From assembly GCF_004010195.1 (NCBI RefSeq), contig NC_057753.1:4367779-4412052 (forward strand): a DNA stretch of 44,274 bases. Reading direction: 5' to 3'. The notes under the pieces are model-generated. The model had not been told where the DNA came from. It saw only the letters and a list, made by a program, of their open reading frames with translations, and searched no databases. This DNA comes from Chiloscyllium plagiosum. Its lineage: Eukaryota. Made by a program: the position numbers and the translations under genes. Below are positions 1-12,299 of this stretch, piece by piece (the stretch's first letter is position 1; each line of letters opens with the position of its first letter).

Positions 1-51
1 ATCAAACTATGCTTTTCCAAGTAATCTTAAATCCTAAATTTTACCTTTTGT

Positions 52-595
52 TTTATTCCTTCATAGAATTTGCATATCGCTGACTGGACAAAAATGTAAT
101 GTAATGCCCATTCCTAATTGCTCTTGAAAAGGTAGATGTGCACTAACTTTTTGAATTTCTTCCCTCCATGTTGTTTATGTGCGCCCATGTCATCAGGGAA
201 GGAATTCCAGGATTTGTTCCAGTGACACTGACGGAACAACAATTTGTTTTCAAGCTAAGATAGTGAGTATGATAGGACCTTGTAGAAGGTGATGTTTCAG
301 TAATCTGCTGCCCTGTCCATCTAGATGGCAATGGTCATGACTTTGCTGTTTAAGGATCTTTGGTAAATTGCTGCAATGCATCCTTCAGATAGTATACATT
401 ACTGCAGCTGACTGTCGGTGGTGGAAGGAGAGGGTGTTTGTGGAAGTGATGGCAATAAATTAGGCTTCTCTGTCCTGGCTGGTGTCAAGCTTCTTGAGTG
501 TTTTTGGAGCTGCACCCATCCAAGCAGGTGGGGATTATCCATCACACTCCTGATGCGTTTCTTTGTAGATTGTGAGCAGGCTTTGAGTCGTCAGG
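52..595 (-). mobile_element. 3' end of a CR1/L2-superfamily LINE (decayed)
   Basis: Reverse complement ends ...CAATTAGGAATGGGCATTAC...GAAGGAATAAA, like a common shark LINE tail; a paralogous copy lies at 6700-7046. Confidence 0.7.
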
Positions 596-1271
596 CTATT
601 GCCACATTTCCAGATGCTTATTAACAGGAATAAAAACAATATATTTCTAGGAGGTTGCAGTGTACAGTGTTGCAGGCTATTTCCAATCTCATTTCGTTGA
701 TTGATTTATTAATTTGCTCAACTGCTGTAACTGTCAACAAGAGGTTCGCAATTAATCGTTTAAACAAAATTACAGAATGCCATGCCATGAATACATGGTT
801 TAGAGATATATTTTGTATTTCATGAATTCGTGCACACTTATATTTTGAGCCACACTTTTATTAGACTAAATTCTATGGCATGCAAATTGATAACAGTTTG
901 ATAATACAGATATAAATATCTGTACATTTATATGCACAATTCTGTTGTTTGGTAATTTTAAAGATAGAAAGCTGGTGGTCAAATTGCCTTAATCAGTCAT
1001 TCCCTTTGACAGTTGTCCAAGCTATTCTCTTTTGTGACTACAGCCATGATTTTGCTACACTACCAGTATATATACCCTTCTTCTGGACTTGAATTTTGAG
1101 CGTTCAGCCTCAACCTACCGTCATAGTGAGGTATGATTATTACAACTGTTCAATTTCTGATCGTAGCATTCACACTGCAAACTGGTTTGGTGTAGAAGAG
1201 ACAGGAAAACGTAAAAAATGAATGAGAAATAAAATGTCATAATATTAAAGGCGAACTGTCAATGCTGCTAA

Positions 1272-1350
1272 AAGGTATTGGTGCAGATAGCTTGACACAG
1301 ACGTGATGGACTGAAGGGCCTGTTCTATACTGGATGACTCTATGAATCTA
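1272..1350 (+). mobile_element. Short CR1/HER1-like LINE 3' tail
   Basis: GATGGACTGAAGGGCCTGTTCTATACTG...ACTCTATGAATCTA, the typical CR1 3' hairpin plus short terminal repeats. Confidence 0.6.
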
Positions 1351-1962
1351 CAATATACATTTTCTTCCAGGTTTCTGACTGTGTAGATCTAATATGACAC
1401 GTTAATGTTTACAGATCTGGGCATTGCATATGACAAATGCAATGTTTCCTGATAACACTCTGACAATAGCGTTGAAGACTTGTGCTTCAGAGCTAACTGT
1501 GGCCCCGACAAAATTGATCTCAGTACAGCTAAAGCATTGACATCCATCTGAAAAATGAAACATTGCCCAGGGTTGTCATTTATACATAGGTAAAACAGTG
1601 AAAACCTAATCCAGCTAATCACTTCCCTATTGGCTGACTATCAACCATCTCTGAAGTGACGTTCTCAGTAACCACTCACTGCCAGGGTCACTGAACTCCA
1701 GATCTATTGCAGTCTTTGCGCAAACATGAACAAAGGAGCTGAGTTCCAGAGGTGAGGTAATGCAGACTATTCTTGACATTAAGAAAGAGTTTTACGAAGT
1801 ATTGCCTCAAGAAGCTACAATGCAACTGATGTCAGTGGAAATCACGGGGAAAGATTTCCTTACACCAGCACAAAGGAAGAGGGTTAAAGTGGCTAGAAAT
1901 CAAAGGTCTTAGCTGCAGGACATCCCTGCAGGTGTTCCTCAGAGTCATATACTGGATCCAAC

Positions 1963-2436
1963 CGGCAGTGATTGTAACAAGGTCAGCCAGTTGGACCTCA
2001 TAGAGTGCGTGTTCCCTAATTGGGGCTGTTAACCTGGTCCAATCAAGGGAGCCCTGGCTCACATATTCAAAGTGGAGTGAGAGAGGTTATGGCACTCTGA
2101 GGGCTGGTTGTGATGAGGCAATACAAGAGTCAAGGACTGTTTATGATTAGATTAGATTACTTACAGTGTGGAAACAGGCCCTTCGGCCCAACAAGTCCAC
2201 ACTGACCTGCCAAAGCGCAACCCACCCAGACCCATTCCCCTACATTTACCCCTTCACCTAACACTACGGGCAATTTAGCATGGCCAATTCACCTAACCCG
2301 CACATTTTTGGACTGTGGGAGGAAACCGGAGCACTCGGAGGAAACCCACGCAGACACGGGGACTCCACACAGTCAGTCACTTGAGGAAATAAAGGGTGAA
2401 TAGATAATGGGATATTGGCTCTTTGGCGTTATTTCA
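1963..2436 (+). mobile_element. Solo LTR (Gypsy-type)
   Basis: Flanked by CAAC(C) duplication at 1959-1963 and 2437-2441; ends in TTTCA; contains CCAATC and AATAAA; interrupts a LINE RT cleanly. Confidence 0.75.
2146..2386 (-). mobile_element. HE1-type SINE, 5'-truncated, nested in the LTR
   Basis: Conserved core GGACTGTGGGAGGAAACCGGAGC and (ATTAG)n tail shared with the other copies. Confidence 0.9.
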
Positions 2437-2659
2437 CAACCATCTTTAGCTGCTTCATCAATGAAGTTCCATCAGGTCAGAAAAGTAGATGCGCACTGAT
2501 AATTTCACAGAACCATTCAGTGACTGCTGCTATACTAGACCAGTATGCATCAAGAATTGATAACACCATATCTTGGACTTATGAGTGAAAGGTAATATTT
2601 GCATCTCACAACTGCAAGGCGATGGACATCTCCACCAAGAGAGGAGGAGGACAAGGTGG

Positions 2660-3488
2660 TAAGAGAAGGGAGAGCTACATTGATGTTCTAGAGCATATCA
2701 ATATGAAAGGAGGAGGTTTAGGTGGATGTCTTGAGAAAATTTAAGGTAGATAAGTTGCCAGGACCTTTTTGCCAGGATAAGGAGGAAAGCAAGGGAGGAG
2801 ATTGGTGGGCATTGACAGAGATGTTTGTATCCTTGTTAGCCATAAGTGAGGTCTCAGGAGACTGGAGAATAGCCAACATGTTCTTTTTATAAGATTCCTC
2901 ATGGACGCTGGTCCAGAAGATGAAGTCACTAAGGATCTCGAAGGGTTTAGTAAATTGGATAGAAAATTGCTTATTCATGAAATCAGAAGGAAGTTGTGGA
3001 AGAGTGTTTTTTTTATTTTCTGAATGGAGATAGGTGACCAGTGGGGTTCTGCAAGGATCAGTGCTGGGAATTCACTTGTTTCTACTTATGTCGATATAGA
3101 GAAGATTGAATGAAAATGTCAGTGGTCTCATTAGTAAGTCTGTAGACGACATGAAAATTGGTGGAGTTGGTAATCATGAGAAAGTTTGTCAAAGGCCAAC
3201 AGTGTATAGATCAGTTGCAAAGTTAGGCAGAGAAATCGCATGATGAATTTTGGAAGGTCAAATACGATAGGAAAGTATACAGTAGATGGCAGCACACTTA
3301 GGAGCATTGATATACAGAGGAATCTTGCGATGCAAGTCCATGATTTTCTGAAAACCACAATACAACTGGATAAAGTATTTAGGAAAGGCGTACGACACAG
3401 TTGCCTTAATTAATTTCAAATGCTGGCACGTCACGTTGCAGCTGTGTAAGGTTTTAGTTACACCAGATTTGGAGTATTGTGTGCATAG
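2660..3488 (+). mobile_element. Decayed CR1 LINE ORF2 (RT region)
   Basis: Remnants of KVDKLPGP, VTSGVLQGSVLG and LEYCVH motifs with stops and frameshifts. Confidence 0.75.
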
Positions 3489-3940
3489 CAGATAGGTGGG
3501 GAAGAAAGATAGACAGGTAGGGTCAGGTTAACGGCTTCGGGTGGGGTGAAGAGGGATGGCTGGGCCTGAGATGAGGTGGGGTGCGGCGGGAAGATTTGAA
3601 AGCTGGCGAACTCGACATTGAGGCCGTATGGTTTTCTGTTAGTGAGGCAGAACACGATATGTTCTTCCTCCAGTTTGCGTGTAGCCTTGTGTTGACAGTG
3701 GAGGACACCCAGGATGGACAGGTCGTCAGGGGAGTGGGAGGTGAGGTTGAAATGGATGGCAACCAAGAAGGTGGGGCGGAACCAGTTTCCGAGTTTGTGC
3801 TAGGTCTCTCCAATGTAGAGGAGACCACATTGTGAGCAACAAATGCAGCCTATCAGGTTAGAAGAAATGCATGTGAATCACTGCTGGACTTGGAATGGTT
3901 CTTTGCGACCTTGGATGGAGGTGAGGAGGGAGGTGTGCCC
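3489..3940 (-). mobile_element. Penelope-like element, GIY-YIG C-terminal fragment (inverted copy)
   Basis: ORF 3458..3766 gives VAIHFNLTSHSPDDLSILGVLHCQHKATRKLEEEHIVFCL, typical of the Penelope endonuclease C-terminus; homologous to about 4540-4990 on +. Confidence 0.85.
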
Positions 3941-5240
3941 CACAACTTCCACCCTGACCTGAAATTCACCTGAACCACCTCTGACACCTTCCCCTGCTTC
4001 CTGGACCTCGACACCTCCAGCAACCAACCTATCAACTCTAACAGGTATCTCGATTACAACTCTTCCCACCAGGCACCCTGCAGAAATGTCATCCCATACT
4101 CCCAATTCCTCAGCCTTCACCGTATATGCTCGCAGGGTGAGCAATTCCACTCCAGGACATTCCAGATGTTCTCATAACTGAAGGAGCACCATTTCCCCTC
4201 CACTCTGAGCAACAATGTCCTGAACCACATCTCCACTATCCGCACCTCTGCCCTGAAACAAATGCTCCCATCCACAGCAACAAGGATATAATTCCCCTGG
4301 TCCTACTTTCCACCCCACTAATCTCCAAGTCCAACACATCGTGCTCCGTCACTTCTGCCACCTGCAGCCTGACCCCACCACCAAAATGCTATTTCCATCC
4401 CCACCCCATCTGCGTTTCGCAGGGACGGTTCCCTCAGTGACTCCCTCATTAGGTCCATGATCCACCAACCCCTTATCCACACCTGGAACTTTCCCCTGCA
4501 GACGCAGAAAATGCAAGACCTGCCCTCATACCTGCTCTCCTCACGTTAGTCCAAAGCACCCAACAGTCATTCCACGTCTGGCAAAAATTCACATGCATTT
4601 CCTCTAACCTGATTCATTGCATTGGTTGCTCCCAATGTGTTCTCCTCTACATCGGAGGAACTGAGTGAAATCTCAGAAACCGGTTCATGGAGCATATATG
4701 TTCTGCATGTTCCAATAAACCCCACCTTCCGGTTTCTATTCATTTCACTCCCCCTCCCACTCCCCCGATGATATGCCCATCCTGGGCCTCCTCCAGCATC
4801 AAAATCAGGTTACTCACAAACTGGAGGAAGGGCACCCCATCTTCAACCTTGGGGACACATAACCAGGCAGCCTTAACATATAATTCACCAGCTTCCAAAT
4901 CTCACCACGCTCCCCTCCAACATTCTCCCAGGCCCAGTCTTCCTTATCCACCCCAACCCCTTAACCTGACCCTACCTATCCATCTTCCTTCCACCTATCT
5001 ACTCCACCCTTCCCACTGACCACTCACAGCCACCTCCTACCTTCAACCACCTATCGCCATTCCACTCGCCTTTCCCCAGCCCCACCCACTTCCTCTTTTT
5101 ATTTCGCAGTCCCCTTCCCCTCCCTCCGTCCTGATAAGCAGTATTGACCTGAAACGTCAACTCCCCTTCTCCTCTGATGCTGCTTGATCAGCTAAACGTT
5201 TCCCAGCTGTGCTCTTTATCCAGCATCCGCAATTCTCACT
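3941..5240 (+). mobile_element. Penelope-like element, RT C-terminus, GIY-YIG endonuclease and 3' tail
   Basis: HNFHPDLKFT, IPYSQFL, LIHCIGCSQCVLLYIGGT remnants; pyrimidine-rich 3' region ending in the CTGAT...GAAACGTC...CCAGCATC tail. Confidence 0.85.
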
Positions 5241-5366
5241 AGATCAATTTCACAGATAAACGAGCGTCCAGAACCCCCTGCCCCCTCCAAGGAAAAGGTA
5301 ATGTGTTTAAAAAGCTCCTGCCGATTTCTCAGCAATAATGCCTAACACGAAGATAATACTGATTCA

Positions 5367-5470
5367 GACGCAAATGCAGAATTGCTGAAGAAAATCAGAA
5401 GGTCTGGAAGAATCTGGCCAAGAATGGAGCAGAGTCAATGTGGCGAATCCATTCTGAATCTTCTTCAGTG
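5367..5470 (-). mobile_element. Decayed short Penelope-tail-type repeat
   Basis: Reverse complement CTGAAGAAG...CCAGACCTTCTGATTTTCTTCAGCAATTCTGC resembles 10409-10505 and 43303-43350. Confidence 0.45.
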
Positions 5471-6699
5471 AGTTTGAGGGCCAATTAATCCTGTACTTTC
5501 GACGGGTTTACAATCCTTAAATTTCAGTGACATGACCTTTCAGCAGCTTGGTAAAATATTCTGTCATGGACAAACTCAGAGGATACTCATTCTGCAGTTT
5601 GTTTTCCATTCTCTAGGCTACACTACCCTGGAAGTGCACTACAGCACTGCAGGAGCGTTAGCTCCCGACTGAGGTCAAAGGTTAAGGATGCAGATAGGAA
5701 GCAGGCAGGGGTAGACTTTTATTCAAACAGGAACCGGTTAATTCAGAGAGAGGGACATAGCATCTCCCCGAATTTGGCCTCAATATGAGAATACAACCAT
5801 TCCCTTAATCTGCAACTCTGACTGGAAGAGAGATTAATGACACACTCTGATTTTTTACAGTAAACTAACATTATTTCTTCATATTTTGTATTTCAATGAT
5901 CAAAAACAATGTGGTTACTGTGCCCTTCCCTCGACATGACCAACCTTGTGAAACACCTGATCAATGATGGCCATTCCCATGGACAGCACTAGATTCCCAT
6001 CACCTTTTGTAATGTTTAACAATCATTGTCATCTCTCGGCTTCAGGATCTTTCTGTGTTGCATTACAAAGTTACTGGCTGTTTTCTCTTCGTCATGGATG
6101 TGTTTATCTCGGAGAACTGCTGAATCCTATTGTTCATTTTACTTGCTATATCTGTCAACTTCCACTGCTCCTTTTGATAAAAAGGACAGTTGATTTTGTT
6201 ATAAGTTTCATTATATTAGATGCATGATAGTTAACTAACAATTTTCGACAAATGGGAGAGCACCCTTTCATTCATGAGACAGGAATTAATTGCTTGTAGT
6301 TTACTGATACATCAGTTCCCTTATATGCATCTGTGTTCGTTACAAATCTTTGAATTGTTTGTCTTTTAATATTTCCTTGCAACTTGTTATTTATGCAATG
6401 TTCCATTTTACCTAAGAATCAATCCTTCTCAAAAGTTCACTTAAATGCTGAAGCAGGTTTTTAAAAATCAGTTTGTCTACTATTTTGATTCTAAACGTTG
6501 AAGCAAACTTCAGAAAACAGTTGGTCAACAATTTTGTGTCTCTCAAATATAGGGGCACCTCCAACAACCGTTTACTCACAGACACAATTCTAATGTTCAT
6601 AAGCAAAACATTACTCCAAGATAGCACTGCCTCTGAAATTTTCCTGCACTCTACTACAGTTCATTGAACACATCAAGTACAGTTGGTAAATTTCAAATA

Positions 6700-7046
6700 T
6701 CTGGCTGATTCAGCCTTTTTTGCCCATCCGTAGTTGCCCTTTGGAAGATGATGGTGAGTTGCCTTCTTGACCTGCCGTAATCCATGTGCTGTAGAGAGAC
6801 CCATATGATTATTAGGGAAGGAGTTGCAGAATTTCGAACCAATTACGCCGCTGGAGCCATTGCATTTTTCCAAGGCAGGATAGTGAGTGTCTCAGAGTGT
6901 CTATGTATATGCAGAAATAGAGGTTGAGGGTTTAAACAATGCTGTGAAAAAGAGTACTGGTGAGTTTCTGCAGTGGATCTTGTAGATGGTACACACTGCT
7001 GCTACTGAGTGTCAGTGATGGATTGAATGACTTTTTGTGGATGTGC
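6700..7046 (-). mobile_element. 3' end of the same LINE family as 52-595
   Basis: Aligns by eye with about 80-450 (TGCCCATCCGTAGTTGCCCTTTGG...GTAGATGGTACACACTGCTGC). Confidence 0.7.
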
Positions 7047-7161
7047 TAACAGAAGCCTTCTCGAACAAAAAGTGCTTTCCTCTCTGCGTCTCACACTTTC
7101 TTTCAGTTTTGCGGTCTTTTGAAATGCTCTTCACTGAATTCTGAAGTCTGTTCTATGTTCT

Positions 7162-8330
7162 ATAGAAAATAGAACCAGTAGCTGCACATGTAGCCCTTCA
7201 AGTCTGCTCATCCATTCATTTTGGGGGTGGCACGGTGCTCAGTATTTAGTACTGCTGACTCACATCACCAGGGACCAAACGTCAATTCCAGCCTTGGGCG
7301 ACTGTCTGTATGGAGTTTGCATATTTGCTATAGATTTCTTCTGGTTGCTCCGGTATCCCCTAGCAATCACAGAGATGTGCTGTTTAGGTGAATTGGCTGA
7401 GCTAAATTGCCCACAGTGCTCAGGTATGTGTAGGTTAGGTGCAATAGTCGGGGTAAATGTGGGATTATAGAGTAGGGAAATGGTTCTGTGGGGATACTCT
7501 TTGGAGGGTCGGTTTGATCTTAATGGCCCGAGTGGCTTGTTTCCACACTGTAGGCATTGTATGTTGATAGTATGATCATGGCTGATCTTCCAACTTAATA
7601 CGCAGTCACCACTTTCTCCCCATAGCCTTCACTCCTTGTAAGAAAATTACCCGTGTGGCTCTTGAAAAAGTGGAATGCTTCAGTCTCAACTGTTTCTGTG
7701 GCAAAGAATTCCACAGATCCACAATTCTCTGGGTTAAATTTCTTTTCATCTCAGTCATAAATGGCCTCCCTCATATCTTTCAATTGTGACACTTGGTTCT
7801 GAACCGTTCATCAAGATCATTTTGTTTGCTGTGCACCATAGAGCTGCAGAGATCTACAACACAGAAAACGGTCCATCGCGGCTGTGCACATCCAAAAGAA
7901 CCACTTACTTTAATCCTTTGCATCTTATGCGTCTAAAAATTTCTTAAAAGTTGGGAAGGTTTCTGCCTCTATCATCCTTATAGGCAGTGTATTCCAGATT
8001 TTCACTACTGTCCGGGGTGAAAAAAAAAATCTTCACGTAATTTCTCAACTCCTGGCTCTTTATTAATATCTTTGACTCCAGGGGTGATTGATATCTCCAT
8101 AAAGTTCATTCCACTCTACTCTATCTATGCTGCTCACCATTTTATACATCTCAATCATGTCCCCCATTAATATCTTCTGCTTGTAGAAAAGCAGTCAATC
8201 TATTCAATCTCTCTTCAAAAGTTAAGCTCTCCAGTCCAGGCAACATCCTGCAAAATCACTGCTGCATTGTCTCCAATGCAATCGAAAACCACCTATAATA
8301 TGGATTCCAAAACTGCACACACCTACTTCA
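7162..8330 (-). mobile_element. Two adjacent CR1 3' fragments (about 7162-7805, interrupted by a SINE; about 7838-8330)
   Basis: GAATTCCACAGATCCACAATTCTCTGG and CCAGGCAACATCCTG...AACTGCACAC are CR1 3'-end signatures. Confidence 0.65.
7223..7563 (+). mobile_element. HE1-type SINE, full length
   Basis: tRNA-derived head GGGGTGGCACGGTG, conserved core and CR1-like tail TTCCACACTGTAGG. Confidence 0.9.
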
Positions 8331-8546
8331 ATTATGGAAACAAAAAGCAATACTCAAAGATGATTTCAAGAAATCATAACCTGAAAAGAACAAATTAATT
8401 CTTCAGCTTGCATGACTGATCTAGGAGTTACTGTTGTGCAGGCAACATTGATGGTCACATTTTGCATACAACATTTTCGATTCTATATTACTGACGATAT
8501 AGAGATAAACATGTTTTTGTAATAAATAACCTGCTGAATATTTTAC

Positions 8547-8616
8547 CTGGGAATGCGATAACTGCAAGAGTAGTGTAGTAAATGGCATAGGCAAGGCCAC
8601 TTGGTGGAAGGTGCAT
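8547..8616 (-). CDS. Exon 1 of GPR139-like GPCR gene A (exon 2 not found in window)
   Basis: Encodes MHLPPSGLAYAIYYTTLAVIAFP plus 1 nt, then donor CAG|GTAAAA; 70 nt, same length and phase as exon 1 of gene C (MHGQVTGPVYAIYYPVLAAFGVP). Confidence 0.8.
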
Positions 8617-8685
8617 TTTCTGAAAGAGCCAGTATGTCTGTTCCGTGTACTTTTTGCACTCGGTTCGACTATGAAAGTATGCAAT

Positions 8686-8725
8686 ATTATACCTCATGTT
8701 CAACTCCCCCAGGACACAATTAGGC
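8686..8725 (-). promoter_or_regulatory. Putative proximal promoter of gene A: homeodomain site, O/E(EBF)-like site, TATA
   Basis: Minus strand reads GCCTAATTG-TG-TCCTGGGGGA-GTTG-AACATGAGG-TATAAT; 20/25 identical to the block upstream of gene C. Confidence 0.6.
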
Positions 8726-9057
8726 AGCACCACAATTAATGTGCTTAACTGCCTTTGAACAAACAGATTACGCTGCATTAACTTTGATATTAATTAGAAC
8801 TTTATTTCCAATACTGCAGACTAGACACAATTAAATTGGACAGAATGAAAAAAAGGACAGTTTCAATACGAAATGCACTTCAGGTTACGCTGGAACTCAC
8901 TGGTGATTTCTGAAATTATTCACAACGTATAGCAATATAAATGCAAAGCAATTATGCCTCACATTTTTGACACTTTTCACTCGATTTGGAAAATGAGTAA
9001 TCCTTTTTGAGTTGGGAAACGTCTGCATTTATATGATCTTTTGTGATTATTTTTTTC

Positions 9058-9343
9058 GATTAGATTCCCTACAGTGTGGAACCAGTCCACACCGACCCTC
9101 TGAAAGTAACCCACCCAGACCCATTTCCCTCTGACTAATGCACCTAATACTATGGGCAATTTAGCGTGGCCAATTCACCTAACGTGCACATCTTTGGACT
9201 GTGGGAGGAAACCGGAGCGCCCGGAGGAAACCCACACGGACATTGGGAGAATGCGCAAACTCCACACAGACAGTCGCCCGAGGCTTGAATCGAACCCTGG
9301 TGCTGTGAGGCAGAATGCTAACCACTGACCCACCGTGCCGCCC
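9058..9343 (-). mobile_element. HE1-type SINE
   Basis: Head GGGCGGCACGGTGGGTCAGTGGTTAGC with B-box GGTTCGATTC on -, and conserved core. Confidence 0.92.
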
Positions 9344-9344
9344 A

Positions 9345-9558
9345 CTTAATGGGATTATAGATTAATGTAAATGAAGTGGGTAACACAAAAATAAATGGGA
9401 AGGCAAAAAGAATGCACGAAGAATACAAACATGTTAAGTAAATTAAGGTTGATATATGGTATGAGGGATTTTCGAATGAAGGGCTGAGCAGTTCTATTCT
9501 GTACGCAGTGGTGTCAGATTAACGAGAGGTGATGTTATTAATTACTTTTGTCGGTTTG

Positions 9559-9610
<52 letters not shown>

Positions 9611-9930
9611 AAGCAGTACTTCATGCGAGATTATATAACACGAGGAAATAATTTATGAATAAAGTGTCGCCCATTTCTGATAGAAATTAGGAAAAAGTTA
9701 ATCTCTCAAAGAGAAGTGAATCTGTGAATTTCTTTCTCGAAAGGGACTCTGAGACTGGGTCGATAAGTATATGCAAGGTTGATATACGTAGATTTTTAAT
9801 CAGTACTGTATAGGAATCAAAGGTAATGGAGAAACGGCAGGAAAGTGTAGTTGAGGATTCTCAAATCATCAGAGGTCTCATTGAATGCTAGCACAGATTG
9901 ATAGGTCAAATGGTCTTACTCTACTCTACT
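9345..9930 (+). mobile_element. Highly decayed CR1 3' region
   Basis: GTGAATCTGTGAATTTCT...GATTTTTAATCAG...GATAGGTCAAATGG tail motifs. Confidence 0.55.
9563..9610. repeat. Compound microsatellite (TA)13(GA)11
   Basis: Read directly from the sequence. Confidence 0.97.
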
Positions 9931-10408
9931 GAATGTGGCACAATCCATATCCTCACACTTCACTATCAAAGTAATGGTTTTCTCTAATCAGTTTTGGTTC
10001 CTTTGCCAATGTTATTTTTGTCCTTTGCCATTCAAGACACTGTTGTTCTGTTATTTACTCTCCCAAGCCCTCCATGATTTTGATCCTCTTTAGCAAATCA
10101 TTCCCTTTAAGAAGACTGAAGATCGCAATTCCAATCTTTTCAAGTTACGAAACGATACCATCCCTTTAATCTCATTTCTACATTCTCAAAAGTCTTTGTT
10201 ACCAATATAGACCGTGCAATTATTAATTGGACACAATGCTTTACTTAGAGATAAGCATTGTTACTGATGGTTCAAGTACAACTGCATTGACCACAAACAT
10301 AAATTCCTATATACCCCTCCGAGCAGCATTTTTTACTGACCCTTATCGCTTCAATATTTCCATATCCTTACTGTACTCACACAGATACAAAGAAATCTTG
10401 ATAAGGTG

Positions 10409-10506
10409 TCTGAAGAATAACGGTCACTGGATGAGAAGTGTTAACTCTATTTACTCACCATAAATGCTGCCAGGTGCGCTGAGTTTCTATAGCATTTTCT
10501 CTTTGC
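10409..10506 (+). mobile_element. Short Penelope-tail-type repeat
   Basis: TCTGAAGAA...GGTCACTGG...GTTAACTCT...ATGCTGCCAGG...CTGAGTTTCT..AGCATTTTCT. Confidence 0.5.
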
Positions 10507-10789
10507 GTGTTGATAAAGTATTTGCTCAATAGCAAGCGTTTCCTGGAAGAGTACTAAGACTACCCATCGCAGAATCACAATTAGCATTGGTTTGCACATG
10601 CTCAGGATTTATGATACATCTTGTTCCAACCACTTTGCAAAGAGGATGTGATGACTGAAACACTTTTTGAGAGCAACTCTGGATTGAGATAATGAAATCT
10701 GTCTTTCAGACAGGAAGGGCTCATGTTAGATCACCAACATGGAGTGGATTAATTGCAACGTCAATGGAATAGTAATCCAAACAGAAATG

Positions 10790-11660
10790 CAAGACAGTAA
10801 TGTGGAGGTTCTTTAGGAAGCACTTGCAGCAATTGCTGAATATGTTTGTCCCACAGAGGCAAGGATGGACTTGTAGAGTGAAAGAACCTTGAATGACTAG
10901 AGAGGAGGAACGTCTAGTCAAGAGGAAGAAGGAAGCACAGTTAAAGTTGAGAAAGCAGGAATCAGATAGAATTCTAGAGGATGACAAGGTAGTCAGGAAG
11001 GAACTGAAGAATGGATTTGGAAGGGCCATGAAACAGCCTTGATTGGGTAGGATTAAGGAAATACTCAAGGTGATCTATACTTAAGTGAGGAAGAAGAGAA
11101 TGGCCAAAATGAGGGTAAGGCTGAGATAGAGGACAGAACTTGTGCCTCGAGTCTTCGGAGGTGCACGAGGACCTTAGTGAATGCTTTGTTTCAGTATTCA
11201 CTCGCGAGAAGGACCTTGCCATTTGTGAGGACCACGTGAACCAGGCTGATACTCTCGAGCAGTTTTGATGCAAAGAAGGAGGACGTGATGGAAATTTTGA
11301 AAAGCAGGAGGATGGATAAGTCCACTGGACCAGACGAGAGATAACCAAGGTTCTTATGGGAAGGTAGGGAAGAGATTGTTGCACCTTTACCAATGATATT
11401 TGCGTCATCACTATCCACTGATGTAGCACTAGATGACTGGAGGATCGAAAATGTTATTCCCTTGTTGAAGAAAGGGAATAGGAATAACACTGGGAATTAT
11501 TGGAGGTGATTATAAGCAACTTGATTTCTGAATATTTGGAAAAATATTGCTTGAGTAGAGATATTCAGCATGGTTTTGTGAGGGGCGCGTCATGTCTCTC
11601 AAGCCTTATTGAAGTCGTTGAGGATGTGACAAAACACATTGATGTGGGTAGAGCAGTGGT
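10790..11660 (+). mobile_element. CR1 LINE ORF2 fragment (tether and RT N-terminus)
   Basis: DKSTGPD, DWRIENVIPLLKKGNR, QHGFVRGASCLSSLIEVVEDVTKHID (ORF 11500..11682). Confidence 0.85.
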
Positions 11661-11887
11661 AACTACATTACCTTTGAGATAGTCTACACGTAACCATTGG
11701 TTATCACCAGGTTTTAGCACTATTGCTATGAGTGTGCTCCAGTCACTGTAAGTCACTTCAATTATATTACCTTGGTGCATGCATTCATCCTCATTTGATC
11801 CTGGACCAACTTTAGAGGGTTAGCTCTATAAGGATGTAGCTTAATTGGAATAACGTTTCCTCTATCTCCATCATGTATAAATAGGTT

Positions 11888-11975
11888 AAGTTAAAAATCA
11901 CACAACACCAGTTTATAGTCCAACTATATGAGACTATATTTGACTATAACCCGGTGTTGTGTGATTTTTAAACTT
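11888..11975. repeat. Short palindromic element, collapsed relative of 30035-30217
   Basis: AAGTTAAAAATCACACAACACCAGTTTATAGTC pairs with GACTATAACCCGGTGTTGTGTGATTTTTAAACTT. Confidence 0.75.
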
Positions 11976-12299
11976 TGTTCACTCCAATCCAACACTGGCT
12001 CCTTCACAACTTATTCCCACATGTTACCCCATGCAACAGTAATAACTCTTTCCGGTCATTACCATTTTCCTCTGGAATGTAACTCAATAGCTGATCCCAG
12101 TTTTAGAGAACTTCCTCGTTGTCTAGTTTAATATGAGGAATGTCCAATTCAAATTGTTCTTAACTTGGTTTTTCGGTCTGCGCTGTAACCAGTAACACAG
12201 TCTCCTTTAGCTTTCTGTCACTGCCAAAATACCTTGTGAGCATATTTGCATGACATAATCTGTGAGATTTCCTTCCGTCTGGAGTCGTTATGAAAAATA

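Larger units (their letters stand above)
1678..2645 (+). mobile_element. LINE reverse transcriptase fragment split by a solo LTR
   Basis: Decayed RT motifs DIPAGVPQSHILDPT (ending 1963) resume as TIFSCFIN at about 2439 after the insertion. Confidence 0.75.

Noticed and set aside
5940..6670. Possible exon 2 of gene A (ORFs 5964..6227, 6412..6627)
   Set aside because: No DRF, GVPW or DPKF-type motifs found in the frames examined.
8488..8778. 96-aa minus-strand ORF as a standalone gene
   Set aside because: Only the internal 70-nt exon matches the paralogs; the rest is promoter, UTR and intron.
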